Origin: Dehalococcoidales bacterium
GTDB taxonomy: Bacteria > Chloroflexota > Dehalococcoidia > Dehalococcoidales > RBG-16-60-22
NCBI GenBank assembly: GCA_034432135.1
Contig: DAOUCO010000069.1
Coordinates: 1-56,023 of the forward strand
Length of the DNA stretch: 56,023 bases
Direction: 5' to 3'
Shown here in pieces: positions 27,572-37,267 of the stretch. How positions within the stretch are numbered: position 1 is the stretch's first letter; each line of letters starts with the position of its first letter. The notes below the pieces were generated by a model. That model was not told where the DNA came from, did not search any database, and worked only from the letters and a program-made list of their open reading frames with translations. The position numbers and the translations under genes were made by a program.

Positions 27572-28351
27572 ATGTCAGACCCGCGTGAATATCAAACAGA
27601 AGCCGTCGTCATTAAAAAGACGAAGCTTGGTGAGGCGGATAGCATCCTTACTTTCTTTACTCCCCGCCTCGGCAAGATACAGGGCTTTGCCAAGAGCTTG
27701 CGCAAGCCCAAGAGTAAAATGGCAGGTCATCTGGAATTACTCACTTACAGCAATGTATCTTTTTCACGGGGTCGCGGCAATATTGATACAATTACCGGCG
27801 CGCAGACAATCAACGCTTTTTTCCCTCTTAAAAACGACCTCTGGTTAACGTCCTGCGGGCTTTACGTCGCTGAACTGGTGCACCAGTTTGCTGCTGAACG
27901 CCAGGATAATTACGCCCTTTTTCAGCTTATGCTGGATACACTTACCCGACTCTGCGAGGCGGAAAATAAAGAGCTCGTCCTGCGCTACTTCGAGGTACAC
28001 TTACTGGAAAGCGCCGGTTACCGCCCCCAGCTCCATGAATGCGTTACCTGCCATAAAGCGCTGGCACAGACTACCAACTATTTCAGTCCGTTCGCTGGCG
28101 GCATGGTATGTCCGGAATGCAACCTGAACCAGCCTTTTTCCTATGCACTTTCCGTAAACGCACAGAAAGTTATGCGCTTATTACAGAGCGACGACTACGC
28201 CACCGTCGAGCGAGTGAAAATAGATGCCGCGCTGGGGCGGGAAATAGAAAACGTTATCAGCGGCTACTTTAAGTACCTTCTGGAGAAAGAGGTAAAGTCC
28301 GCCGCCTGGCTGGATAGTTTAAGAGAACAAAGACTGCAGTTTGAACGTTGA
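27572..28351 (+). CDS. recO: DNA repair protein RecO
   Basis: OB-fold N-terminus (EAVVIKKTKLGEADSILTFFT) and Zn finger CVTCH...CPEC. Confidence 0.85.
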   Translation: MSDPREYQTEAVVIKKTKLGEADSILTFFTPRLGKIQGFAKSLRKPKSKMAGHLELLTYSNVSFSRGRGNIDTITGAQTINAFFPLKNDLWLTSCGLYVAELVHQFAAERQDNYALFQLMLDTLTRLCEAENKELVLRYFEVHLLESAGYRPQLHECVTCHKALAQTTNYFSPFAGGMVCPECNLNQPFSYALSVNAQKVMRLLQSDDYATVERVKIDAALGREIENVISGYFKYLLEKEVKSAAWLDSLREQRLQFER

Positions 28352-28370
28352 AATCCACGCTCTTTCGAAA

Positions 28371-28472
28371 CTCACTCTCACCTAGCCTCTCCTATCAAGA
28401 GAGAGGAAAGAACGGGTCGAAACTAAAATCCTCTCCCGGCTTCTCTCCCCTTGCGGGAGAGAAAAGAGTGAG
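28371..28472. repeat. Nested GC-rich polypyrimidine/polypurine palindromes between convergent recO and serS; probable bidirectional terminator or REP-like unit
   Basis: Outer IR CTCACTCT/AGAGTGAG encloses CCTCTC..GAGAGG and a perfect 9-bp stem TTCTCTCCC-cttgc-GGGAGAGAA. Confidence 0.5.
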
Positions 28473-28529
28473 GGATAATTTAGAGTTTCGCCGACGTCCT
28501 GTTTTTAGATACAGATTACCAGAACAACT

Positions 28530-29768
28530 TTACTTAATTACCTTCGCCCCAACATAAGGCTGTAACACTTCCGGTACGACAATGGTGCCGTCAGCTCGCT
28601 GGTAATTCTCTATTATAGAAATCATGATACGCGGCAGAGCCAGTCCGGACCCGTTAAGCGTATGGACGAACTGGGGCTTGGCATCCGGGGCGGGGCGATA
28701 ACGCACGTTGGTACGCCTGGCCTGGAAATCGCCGCAGTTGGAGCAGGAGCTGACTTCCAGCCATTCCTGGCAGCCGGGCGCCCAGACATCAATATCATAG
28801 GACTTATTGGCGGCAAAGCCAATTTCGCCGGTACAGAGTAAACGGACACGATAGGCCAGCCCAAGTTTCTGGCAAACATCTTCGGCATCACTTAACAATT
28901 TTTCCAATTCATCATTGGAAGTCTCCGGAGTGACGAACTTATAAAGCTCCACCTTATCGAACTGGTGGCCCCGCTTTAGACCGCGAGTATCTTTACCGGC
29001 AGACATTTTCTCGCGGCGGAAGCAGGCGGTATAAGCGCAATAATAAATGGGCAGTTCTTCAGCTGACAGAATTTCATCGCGGTGGAGGTTGGTGAGAGGG
29101 ATTTCTGCCGTGCCTACGAACCAGTAGTCCTCTTCGGCATCGTGATAGATATTATCGGCGAGTTTAGGTAACTGTCCTGCGCCGACCATGCATTCCCTTT
29201 TTACCATGTAGGGCGGGTATATTTCTTGATAGCCATGCTCTCTGGTGTGCAGGTCGAGGAAGAAGGTGATAAGGGCACGCTGAAGCCTGGCACCCATCCC
29301 TTTAAGTATATAAAAGCGCGTGCCGGAAATCTTTACTCCCCGCTCAAAATCGATAATTTTCAGGTTTTCACCGAGCGTCCAGTGCGGTACGGGTTTAAAG
29401 TCATACTTTTTAGGCTCTCCCCACGTACGAACGATAACATTATCGCTATCTTCCCTACCGACGGGTACATCAGGCTGGGGGATATTGGGTATCTGGAGGA
29501 GCAATTCTTCAAGCTGTTTATCCAGTTTATTGACTTCATCTTCCAGGGTTTGTATTTCAGCGCGGAGGGCGCGGCCTCTTTCCTGGGCTTTTTCCCGCTC
29601 TTTAGAGACGACTTTTCTTTCCTGACGCAGGTTATCGAGCTTAACGATGTTCCGGCGACGCTCGGCATCCAGACGCAGGATATCATCGAGAGGAGCGCTG
29701 TCGTGACGGTCGCCTATAGCCTTACGGACGATATCCGGGTATTCTCTGATGATTTTTATATCAAGCAT
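28530..29768 (-). CDS. serS: Seryl-tRNA synthetase
   Basis: N-terminal coiled-coil arm (MLDIKIIRE...) and class II motifs (FRRE, GSGLALPR). Confidence 0.95.
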   Translation of the reverse strand: MLDIKIIREYPDIVRKAIGDRHDSAPLDDILRLDAERRRNIVKLDNLRQERKVVSKEREKAQERGRALRAEIQTLEDEVNKLDKQLEELLLQIPNIPQPDVPVGREDSDNVIVRTWGEPKKYDFKPVPHWTLGENLKIIDFERGVKISGTRFYILKGMGARLQRALITFFLDLHTREHGYQEIYPPYMVKRECMVGAGQLPKLADNIYHDAEEDYWFVGTAEIPLTNLHRDEILSAEELPIYYCAYTACFRREKMSAGKDTRGLKRGHQFDKVELYKFVTPETSNDELEKLLSDAEDVCQKLGLAYRVRLLCTGEIGFAANKSYDIDVWAPGCQEWLEVSSCSNCGDFQARRTNVRYRPAPDAKPQFVHTLNGSGLALPRIMISIIENYQRADGTIVVPEVLQPYVGAKVIK

Positions 29769-29829
29769 GCGTCTTCTCCTTGGTTTTCAACTCTATCACC
29801 AGTATCCCCTTACCTTTGATAATTGGAAA

Positions 29830-30099
29830 TTATTTTAATAAGATATTATCTTCGTAGCCGATGATGTTGCCGGTCTTCGGGTCGATTTGATAGCGGAAAT
29901 TCCTTGTCTCTTTAGTCATCAAACCTTTTTTAACTTCAATCGCGCCCTCAACGTCCAGGAATTCTTGCTGCCCGGCCGCTGAATACCAACATTTACGGAA
30001 GGCGATGTTTTTAAGTTTGGCGCCGTATCGAGTTTCCATCGCCCTTTTCACAAGCATTTCCGCAGCGGGAACATCGGGTACTTTTTTTTCTTCTACCAT
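29830..30099 (-). CDS. Hypothetical protein
   Basis: 89-aa ORF in an operon-like position downstream of lysS. No recognisable motif. Confidence 0.5.
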   Translation of the reverse strand: MVEEKKVPDVPAAEMLVKRAMETRYGAKLKNIAFRKCWYSAAGQQEFLDVEGAIEVKKGLMTKETRNFRYQIDPKTGNIIGYEDNILLK

Positions 30100-30130
30100 C
30101 GTCGCCTCCTTAATTGAAGTACTATAGCCT

Positions 30131-31633
30131 TTATTCTTTCTCCCTCAACTGGGGGAAAAGAATTACCTCTCTTATTGACTGCTGATTCGTCAATAGCATC
30201 ACCAGTCTATCGATGCCGATGCCCAGTCCACCGGTGGGGGGCATGCCGTATTCTAAAGCGGTGAGGAAGTCCTCATCGATAGTCCATTTTTCCTCATCGG
30301 CGCCATGGCGCTCCTGCATCTGCCCGATAAAGCGCTCACGCTGTAGAATAGGGTCGTTAAGCTCGGAATAGGCATTACCTAATTCCAATCCGCCGGCATA
30401 AGCTTGGAAACGCTCTGCCACTCTTTCTTCATTAGGCTTGTTTTTTGCCAGGGGCGACATGGAAACAGGATAATCGTAAACGAAGGTAGGCTGGACAAGT
30501 TTGGGCTGGACAAAGGTTTTAAGAAGCTCGTCCACCAGCTTAGCCCAGTTTTTCTGTGGGTCAACTTCCTCCATTATGGAACGCATTTTCTCGCGGAGTC
30601 CATCGGCGGTGGGATACACCACGAAGTCGATGCCGCTGTACTCTTTGATGGCATCACGTAAAGTGACGCGACGCCACGGGGGCGCCAGCTTGATAATATC
30701 ATTGTCATACTTAATTTCCGTCGTGCCCAGCACCTGTTGCGCCACGAAAGGGACCATTTGCTCTACCATCTCCATAACGTCGGTATAGTCGGCGTATGCC
30801 TCGTAACTTTCCAGCATGGTGAACTCCGGATTATGCCCGGTATCGATGCCCTCGTTACGGAAGATACGCCCAATTTCGTAGACCTTATCGAAACCGCCGA
30901 CAATCAGTCGTTTTAGATGAAGTTCCGTAGCGATGCGCAGGTAAAGGTCCATGTCGAGGGCGTTATGGTGGGTGATAAAGGGGGTGGCTAAAGCGCCGCC
31001 GGCGGCAGACTGGAGAACCGGGGTCTCTACCTCGATAAAGCCTCGCTGGTCGAGGAATTGCCGCATGGCAGATATAATTTTACTTCGTACTTCAAAAACC
31101 TTTTTTACCCCCGTATTGGCGATGAGGTCGATATAACGCTGGCGGTAGCGTATCTCGGTATCACTTAAGCCATGCCATTTTTCCGGAAGAGGGGTGAGTG
31201 ATTTCGCCAGCAGGGTAAAACCGGTGACGGAAATAGTTGGCTCGCCAGTACGGGTACGCATTAACGTACCAGCCACACCGATAATATCGCCAATATCAAG
31301 GTTTTTAAATAATTCCAGGTCGGCTCCTTTATAGTTAGCTGTCTGAAACAGGAGTTGTATCTTGCCAGAACCATCACGGATATCGATGAAGGTAGCTTTA
31401 CCCATTTTCCTTATTGCCATTATACGCCCGGCAACATTAACAGGTTCCGACCTTGTTTTGCCGCCTGCCTCCTGTGCTTCAAGTTGTTTTATCGCTTCAA
31501 GCGCCGTATGACTCTGGTTAAAGCGATGGGGATAAGGGTCGATACCGCGTTGCCGGAGACGCTCCAGCTTTTGTTTTCTCTGTTCACCAATATCATCGAG
31601 TTTTGACGGCATATTTTTTACCTGCCTGTACAA
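30131..31633 (-). CDS. lysS: Lysyl-tRNA synthetase, class II
   Basis: OB anticodon-binding N-domain, and class II motifs (FRNEG, GGLGIGIDRL). The start may be the ATG at 31612 rather than the TTG at 31633. Confidence 0.95.
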   Translation of the reverse strand: MYRQVKNMPSKLDDIGEQRKQKLERLRQRGIDPYPHRFNQSHTALEAIKQLEAQEAGGKTRSEPVNVAGRIMAIRKMGKATFIDIRDGSGKIQLLFQTANYKGADLELFKNLDIGDIIGVAGTLMRTRTGEPTISVTGFTLLAKSLTPLPEKWHGLSDTEIRYRQRYIDLIANTGVKKVFEVRSKIISAMRQFLDQRGFIEVETPVLQSAAGGALATPFITHHNALDMDLYLRIATELHLKRLIVGGFDKVYEIGRIFRNEGIDTGHNPEFTMLESYEAYADYTDVMEMVEQMVPFVAQQVLGTTEIKYDNDIIKLAPPWRRVTLRDAIKEYSGIDFVVYPTADGLREKMRSIMEEVDPQKNWAKLVDELLKTFVQPKLVQPTFVYDYPVSMSPLAKNKPNEERVAERFQAYAGGLELGNAYSELNDPILQRERFIGQMQERHGADEEKWTIDEDFLTALEYGMPPTGGLGIGIDRLVMLLTNQQSIREVILFPQLREKE

Positions 31634-31854
31634 CTTTATGTTTTCCTTATTTAAAACGGGGATAAGTTACGACTAATTATATGTTATCCGAGGATTATGG
31701 TAAAGAGGAGAATGACATTATGTTATAAAGTAAACAGAAATTTTTAAAAATTCCAATATAAACATTCTTTTTGATATTTCCACTTGACACAAATAATATT
31801 TTTTTATATGATACCTAGTAATTCTATGCATGTTGCTAAAGGAGGTAAATTTAA

Positions 31855-32208
31855 ATGCGCGTACTTGCAGTAATCGTCATCATTCTGGGCTTGGCCGGAC
31901 TTGTCTTCGGCATTCTTTTCCTGCCCAAAGCAAGCTCGGCGGAACAGGCAGTCGCCGATTCATTGGCACCTAAACTAACAGTTGATGCACTTGATGTTAC
32001 TTACGACAACATAGACACGCAGGTAAGAGCGATGGCGGGTACCGAACCGCAGTATCTCGGACTTTTCGCACAGCGTACATCTCTAGGTTTGGCTAAGTCC
32101 AACATGGGCACTGCCTCTTTAGTCAGGATGCTTGGCATCGTGAATATACTGATAGGTCTGGGGCTTATGGTTTCCGGCTTCGTCCTGCTACGTAAAAGCT
32201 CTGCATAA
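31855..32208 (+). CDS. Small membrane protein (2 TM), hypothetical
   Basis: Hydrophobic N- and C-terminal helices. A TTGACA-N17-TATGAT promoter and AAAGGAGG RBS lie upstream. Confidence 0.5.
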   Translation: MRVLAVIVIILGLAGLVFGILFLPKASSAEQAVADSLAPKLTVDALDVTYDNIDTQVRAMAGTEPQYLGLFAQRTSLGLAKSNMGTASLVRMLGIVNILIGLGLMVSGFVLLRKSSA

Positions 32209-32384
32209 AATTTATATAATACTAAATAATACAATACAATAACATTTACGCCTCATCGGTGGATTTATATTAACCAATATTATCTGCCGATGAGGTATTA
32301 GTATTTTCACATGGCAATTTCTCAAGCCAGTCTGTATAATACTTGCACGTGTTTACAGACGACTAAAGGAACAGGAGCGAACAT

Positions 32385-32663
32385 ATGGCAGCCAAACAGT
32401 ATGAAGTAGTCATTAAGCTTATATCCAACCAGCACCCCTGCCATTCCGGCCATAAAATCGGTGATGAGTGGGTTTTCAGTTATTTTACCCCACCCAATAT
32501 GTGCAGTCTAGCGTATAATGCCCTCTACCCTGTAGCCCTGGCGCTAAGTATAGGCGGGACTTTCGCCTGGCAGGAAGACCCTGACGTTATAACTTTGGCC
32601 TGCCCTGACCCAGAAGTACACAATATCTTTGAACTACGCCGCCGCCCGATTAAAAACAGATAA
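32385..32663 (+). CDS. TIGR04076-like small Cys protein (paralogue of 9599-9853)
   Basis: PCHSGHKIGDEW...NMCSLAY...GGTFAW...ACPDP is colinear with the 9599 ORF. Confidence 0.6.
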   Translation: MAAKQYEVVIKLISNQHPCHSGHKIGDEWVFSYFTPPNMCSLAYNALYPVALALSIGGTFAWQEDPDVITLACPDPEVHNIFELRRRPIKNR

Positions 32664-32672
32664 TTTTATACT

Positions 32673-32915
32673 TTACCTTTTCTTCGGTCTTCTTAGCAGT
32701 ACGGATATTATCAAGGTGTTCCGCGATATGGCGATATCATGAGAAACAACGTCCCAACCCTCTGGCACCGCTTCAGGTAAATGAATAAAAATGTCCTCCA
32801 GCGTTTTAGCCAGCCCCTCCTGGTCTTCAACACGGGTAAAATGAGGGTACCTTCCCGCCTCTTCCGGGCTGACATATTCCACCATTATCTTATATTCGTA
32901 AGGATGACCTTTCAT
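32673..32915 (-). CDS. Hypothetical protein
   Basis: 80-aa ORF with no recognisable motif. Confidence 0.45.
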   Translation of the reverse strand: MKGHPYEYKIMVEYVSPEEAGRYPHFTRVEDQEGLAKTLEDIFIHLPEAVPEGWDVVSHDIAISRNTLIISVLLRRPKKR

Positions 32916-33073
32916 CGCTGCCCTCCCTACTAAAGCTTTTCACCACTGTTATATCCCCCGCCTAGAATAATGTCAAGCTCGGTAATGCCGACGCACATAG
33001 AAAATTCTCGACTGTCAAGTTATAATAATTATGTCTGCCTTTAATGCAGAGGAAAGAAGCCGGCAAATAACAT

Positions 33074-34183
33074 ATGCGGCGTTTTACTCCGCCTTCATGG
33101 GTCTCAATACCGCTCTGTCTAGCATCTATCAATCTGCTTTCCAACATGAGTTATGAAACCTCTAATGTCTTTATTGCGCTCTACGCCCAAGAAAAAGGCT
33201 CAACGGACCTGCAAGTAGGCTTAATTGCCGCGACCTCCGGTATTGCCTTCCTCGTATCTTCGCTGCTGTTTGGAAGACTATCGGACGTTCACGGCAGGAT
33301 AAGTTATATTCGTATCGGGCTCGGCTTAACGCCGCTGGCTTATCTTTCGCAGGTTTTTGCTAATTCGCCGATGACGCTGCTGGCAGCCAGAGGATTTGTC
33401 GGTTTTGCCATCGGCCTCAACGCCTCGGTCATAATGGCTTATACCTACGAAAATCAAAGACAAATAGGCAGTTTTATCTCTTACGGGGCGCTGGGGTGGC
33501 TAATCGGGGCATTGATAGCGTTAATGGTTAAAGATTATATGGCATTATTCATCGTCAGTGCTGTTGCGGCTTTCTTTGGTTTTCTTATATCCTTCCTGCT
33601 TGAAGAAAAGCCGACCAGCCATATGCGAGTAGCCATGTTCCCGGCAACGCTAATAAAAGCCGACTATAGGGTATATCTGGCATTTTTCTTAAGGCAACTG
33701 GGAGGAAACGCCATCTGGACAATCTGGCCGCTTTACCAGACCGGTATCGGAGCGACGAAATTATGGATAGCCCTTGTGGAAGTGACTAATATGGTGGGGC
33801 AAATAGTGTTCATGCGCTTTATCGAGAAGTTCAATCCCGCCAGGATGTTCCAGATAGGACTGCTAACCTCGGCGGGGGTCTTTATAGCTTATGGTTTAGC
33901 CAATCGTTACTGGCAATTGATACCGATTCAGCTGGTGCTGGCTTTCGCTTATTCCAGCATGTTTGTCGGGGCATTAAGCTACCTCTTAAACCGCCATCCG
34001 GAATATGGCACCATAGCCGGATTAATGAATTCCGCCAATGCTTTGTCCGGCGTCTTCGGGCCTTTTATCGGGGGCGGCGTTTCCCAAGCATCGAGTTACG
34101 CCACATTAATGTATGTGAGTGCCGGAATCACATTACTCGGCTCGATGACAGCGAGGGGGCTTCAAGTAAAGAAAAAATCATGA
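33074..34183 (+). CDS. MFS transporter
   Basis: About 12 hydrophobic segments and the MFS loop motif FGRLSDVHGR. Confidence 0.8.
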   Translation: MRRFTPPSWVSIPLCLASINLLSNMSYETSNVFIALYAQEKGSTDLQVGLIAATSGIAFLVSSLLFGRLSDVHGRISYIRIGLGLTPLAYLSQVFANSPMTLLAARGFVGFAIGLNASVIMAYTYENQRQIGSFISYGALGWLIGALIALMVKDYMALFIVSAVAAFFGFLISFLLEEKPTSHMRVAMFPATLIKADYRVYLAFFLRQLGGNAIWTIWPLYQTGIGATKLWIALVEVTNMVGQIVFMRFIEKFNPARMFQIGLLTSAGVFIAYGLANRYWQLIPIQLVLAFAYSSMFVGALSYLLNRHPEYGTIAGLMNSANALSGVFGPFIGGGVSQASSYATLMYVSAGITLLGSMTARGLQVKKKS

Positions 34184-34227
34184 TGCCCTTGTCATTAACA
34201 ATGATGTAAGGTAGAATTTGAAAGTCC

Positions 34228-34267
34228 GGAGGGGTGGCCGAGCAGACTATGGCGACGGTCTTGAAAT
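34228..34267 (+). repeat. 40-nt copy of the 5' half of tRNA-Ser(UGA), nt 1 to the anticodon loop; att-like direct repeat
   Basis: GGAGGGGTGGCCGAGCaGACTATGGCGACGGTCTTGAAA matches 50536-50575 at 39/40. Similarity starts exactly at tRNA nt 1 and ends in the anticodon loop. Confidence 0.8.
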
Positions 34268-34385
34268 CTGTAAGTCGTTATGTTGATAGGTGATTTTGAA
34301 GCTGAAATAGTATCATCAAATCCAGACGGTCAGGCGTATTTCGTGTGTAAAATGCCGACCAGTGATGTCCTATAAAATTTGTTCC

Positions 34386-34405
34386 GTTAGCAAAATGTTA
34401 GCAAA
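34386..34405 (+). repeat. Tandem GTTAGCAAA 9-mers (a third copy at 34548-34556); candidate recombinase arm-type sites
   Basis: GTTAGCAAAatGTTAGCAAA here versus GTTAGCAAAtgGTTAGCAAA at 50475-50494. Confidence 0.5.
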
Positions 34406-34615
34406 AAATATGTTATAACTGTCTTAGTTTTTTCTACGTATCAACTTTAAACATTTTGGACAAAGGTTATCTGTCTAGTAAAAGCAACCAGATTTTAGCC
34501 TTATTCAACGTCCCATGGCCACATAGACAATAACATTTTAATAGTGGGTTAGCAAATAATCCTGCATTTTCAAAGATGATGAGACTATAATCCGAGGCAG
34601 ACGGAATGATATACT

Positions 34616-36112
34616 ATGTCAGGTGATTGGAAGATGATTAATATTCCTCGAACAATGAGCACGCAGCATCCGGATAATGCTAAAATGCCATCCTTTGTTC
34701 ATGGTAGTGTAATAGGTGGTGAAGACGAAATCGTGGAAGCATATTTAGCATTTTCACAACTTGGATGTCAGGAGCAGATGTGGGATTTTGAGGGGAAAAA
34801 AGCCCTACCATGGGTAGTTTCTGAGCTCCTGACAAAAGACCCTGATTTTTTCAGGAAACATCAGTTGGGCAAAGAAATTTTCCTTACTTTTAGAATTCCT
34901 AATCCTGAGATAGAAAAAGTAGAGGCTAAAATGGTGCCTGAAGTATTAGAGAGTATTCCTCGTTGTTATGATACGGCTCAGTCCATATACGGAAAAAACC
35001 ACCCACCCGTTTTCGAGGTGATCCTACCGATGACCAGCTCTTCAGAACAGTTGAATCGAGTATATTACTACTACCGCGATTTCGTCATCAAGAAAAAAGA
35101 CCTCACACTTTTTCCTGATGATAGTGTTTCGATTAGCCAATGGCTTGGGGATTATAAACCGGAAAAAATCAACGTGATTCCATTATTTGAAGATTTGCCC
35201 TCGATGTTGAATGCCGACCGTATCGTTGCCAGCTACCTGAAAGATAAAAAAGTAGAATATCAACGAGTATTTCTGGCACGTTCAGATCCGGCGTTGAATT
35301 ATGGAGCTCTAGCAGCCGTACTATTACTTAATGTTTCTCTCCAACGCCTATACAAACTTGAAAGGACAATCGGTATTCCTATTTACCCGATTCTGGGAGT
35401 GGGCTCTCCGCCTTTTAGGGGAAACTGTAAGCCCTCCAATGTAAAAAGCATGATCCGGGGCTACCGGAGTTGTCAGACATTTACCATCCAGTCAGCTTTT
35501 AAATATGATTGGCCATCAGATGTTGTTTCTGCTGCAATCACTGAGATTAATTCAACTCCCCGGGGTAATCCTTTACCGGTTAATGAGGAGAAATCAAATT
35601 CTGTTATTAAAAAGACGATATCTGCCTATCAAGAGCAGGTTCCTGAAATAGCATCTTTAGTAAATCAATTGACGTCTTTCCTTCCTCAGCGTCGCCTTCG
35701 GAAGCTTCATATTGGGCTTTTTGGCTATTCTCGAAATGTTGGTAATATCCATTTGCCGAGAGCTATCCCCTTTTGTGCCAGTTTGTATTCAATTGGGCTC
35801 CCTCCGGAATTATTGGGATTATACTCTTTGAACAAAGAAGACCTTGAGATCATCAAGGAAGTCTACCCCAGTCCCTATTTCGAAGAAGATTTCAGGGATG
35901 CTCTAGCCTTTTATAATCCTAAAGCTCTTTCTCTCTTAATCCCAAAAATGAGGAAGCAAATCGAAAAGACGCTGAGAGTTGTAGGATTTCAGACAAATTT
36001 AGAGCACGAAGACATAACATCTCAAATCATCAAATGCCTACAGAATAACCAAACCGACCATCTTCCTGAACTGGTTCTTGAAGCTGCTCAAATCAGGAGA
36101 TTCCTTGGGTAG
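34616..36112 (+). CDS. ppcA: Archaeal-type phosphoenolpyruvate carboxylase
   Basis: The IPRTMSTQHPDNA N-terminus is characteristic of PpcA, and the length is ~490-498 aa. The gene is visibly more AT-rich than its neighbours. The start may be the ATG at 34634. Confidence 0.85.
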   Translation: MSGDWKMINIPRTMSTQHPDNAKMPSFVHGSVIGGEDEIVEAYLAFSQLGCQEQMWDFEGKKALPWVVSELLTKDPDFFRKHQLGKEIFLTFRIPNPEIEKVEAKMVPEVLESIPRCYDTAQSIYGKNHPPVFEVILPMTSSSEQLNRVYYYYRDFVIKKKDLTLFPDDSVSISQWLGDYKPEKINVIPLFEDLPSMLNADRIVASYLKDKKVEYQRVFLARSDPALNYGALAAVLLLNVSLQRLYKLERTIGIPIYPILGVGSPPFRGNCKPSNVKSMIRGYRSCQTFTIQSAFKYDWPSDVVSAAITEINSTPRGNPLPVNEEKSNSVIKKTISAYQEQVPEIASLVNQLTSFLPQRRLRKLHIGLFGYSRNVGNIHLPRAIPFCASLYSIGLPPELLGLYSLNKEDLEIIKEVYPSPYFEEDFRDALAFYNPKALSLLIPKMRKQIEKTLRVVGFQTNLEHEDITSQIIKCLQNNQTDHLPELVLEAAQIRRFLG

Positions 36113-36235
36113 ACTCAGGGAAAACGAAGTACAAAATTGTTAAATTATAGCCATCATGGAAATTCATGCCCTTGGTTGGCAGTTGGTTGACAATATTGCC
36201 TTCGTTACAGTATCATACAAGAAATTGAATATTTA

Positions 36236-36320
36236 CTAGGGGAGCTGAAAGGCTGAGAGTCCTGAAAGGGACAACCCTCATTACCTGATCTCGATAATGC
36301 GAGCGTAGGGAAGTGAGAGA
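36236..36320 (+). promoter_or_regulatory. TPP (THI-box) riboswitch
   Basis: GGGGAGC...GCTGAGA...ACCCTCATTACCTGATCTCGATAATGCGAGCGTAGGGAA matches the THI element core. A TTGACA-N18-TATCAT promoter lies at 36187-36216. Confidence 0.85.
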
Positions 36321-36325
36321 TGTTA

Positions 36326-36365
36326 AACCAGAAGGCTAATTATATTTCAGCTTCTGGTTTTTTAT
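36326..36365 (+). terminator. Riboswitch expression-platform terminator
   Basis: AACCAGAAG...CTTCTGGTT stem followed by a T-run, upstream of thi4. Confidence 0.7.
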
Positions 36366-36470
36366 TTGGCCTTACTTATTTCAGACTAGCTATTGCCCGG
36401 GAGTCATCAGGAAAACTATGATCGATAATAATTAAAAATAATATTTATTAATCACAAGGAGGTATCTCAA

Positions 36471-37244
36471 TTGGATGAAATAATCATTTCTAAAGCTATC
36501 GTTGAAGACTATACTAGAGAACTTCTCGATTCCATGGAGGTAGATGTGGCTATAGTCGGTGCCGGTCCTTCAGGCTTAGCCGCCGGTTACTATCTTGCCA
36601 AAAAGGGAATAAAAAACGCCATTTATGAAAGAAAATTAAGTGTTGGGGGAGGAATGTGGGGCGGGGGTATGATGTTTAACCGGATCGTTGTCCAGCCCGA
36701 GGCGAAGGAAATCCTGGATGAGTTCGGTATTGCAGCTAAAGAATATCAGAAAGGTTATTATGTTGCCGACTCGATAGAAGCTGTTTCTGCCCTTTGTTAT
36801 CGGACGGTAAAAGCCGGTACTCGTATTTTTAATCTGATAACGGCCGAAGATGTCATGATTAGAGAGGATGACAAGGTCACCGGTTTGGTATTGAACTGGA
36901 GCGCAGTTTCTTTAGCCAACTTGCATGTTGATCCACTGACTATCCGGTCAAAGCTAGTAATAGATGCTACTGGACACGAAGCCCAAATATGTAACCTAGT
37001 TGCCCGCAAAACAGGTCGAAAATTAGCCACCACCACAGGGGGAGTCATGGGGGAAAAACCGATGTGGGCTGAGATAGCGGAAAAGGAAACCGTCGCCTAT
37101 ACCAGAGAAGTATATCCCGGCCTAATAGGGGCAGGTATGGTGGTCAATGCTGTTTTTGGCCTGCCGCGCATGGGACCTATTTTCGGTGGTATGCTTTTAT
37201 CCGGTAAGAAAGCTGCTGAACTTGCCGCCAATTTGCTGAAATAA
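36471..37244 (+). CDS. thi4: Thiazole synthase Thi4 (archaeal/eukaryotic type, non-Cys active site)
   Basis: FAD/NAD motif [21 protein letters not shown] and DATGHEA. TTG start with AAGGAGG RBS. Confidence 0.85.
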   Translation: MDEIIISKAIVEDYTRELLDSMEVDVAIVGAGPSGLAAGYYLAKKGIKNAIYERKLSVGGGMWGGGMMFNRIVVQPEAKEILDEFGIAAKEYQKGYYVADSIEAVSALCYRTVKAGTRIFNLITAEDVMIREDDKVTGLVLNWSAVSLANLHVDPLTIRSKLVIDATGHEAQICNLVARKTGRKLATTTGGVMGEKPMWAEIAEKETVAYTREVYPGLIGAGMVVNAVFGLPRMGPIFGGMLLSGKKAAELAANLLK

Positions 37245-37267
37245 GATTCACTTTGTAGCAAAACCTC

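Noticed and set aside
28348-28557. 69-aa ORF between recO and serS
   Set aside because: It is composed of the GC-rich palindromic units (…SPLAGEKRVRD…) and overlaps the serS 3' end. This is a typical spurious translation of REP-like repeats.
33030-33160. Possible frameshift at the MFS transporter 5' end: an alternative 41-aa frame starting at the ATG near 33030 (MSAFNAEERSRQITYAAFYSAFMGLNTAL…) overlaps the annotated start
   Set aside because: The 33074 frame already gives 12 predicted TM segments, including a plausible TM1. Both frames are open over the overlap, so a frameshift cannot be supported from the sequence alone.
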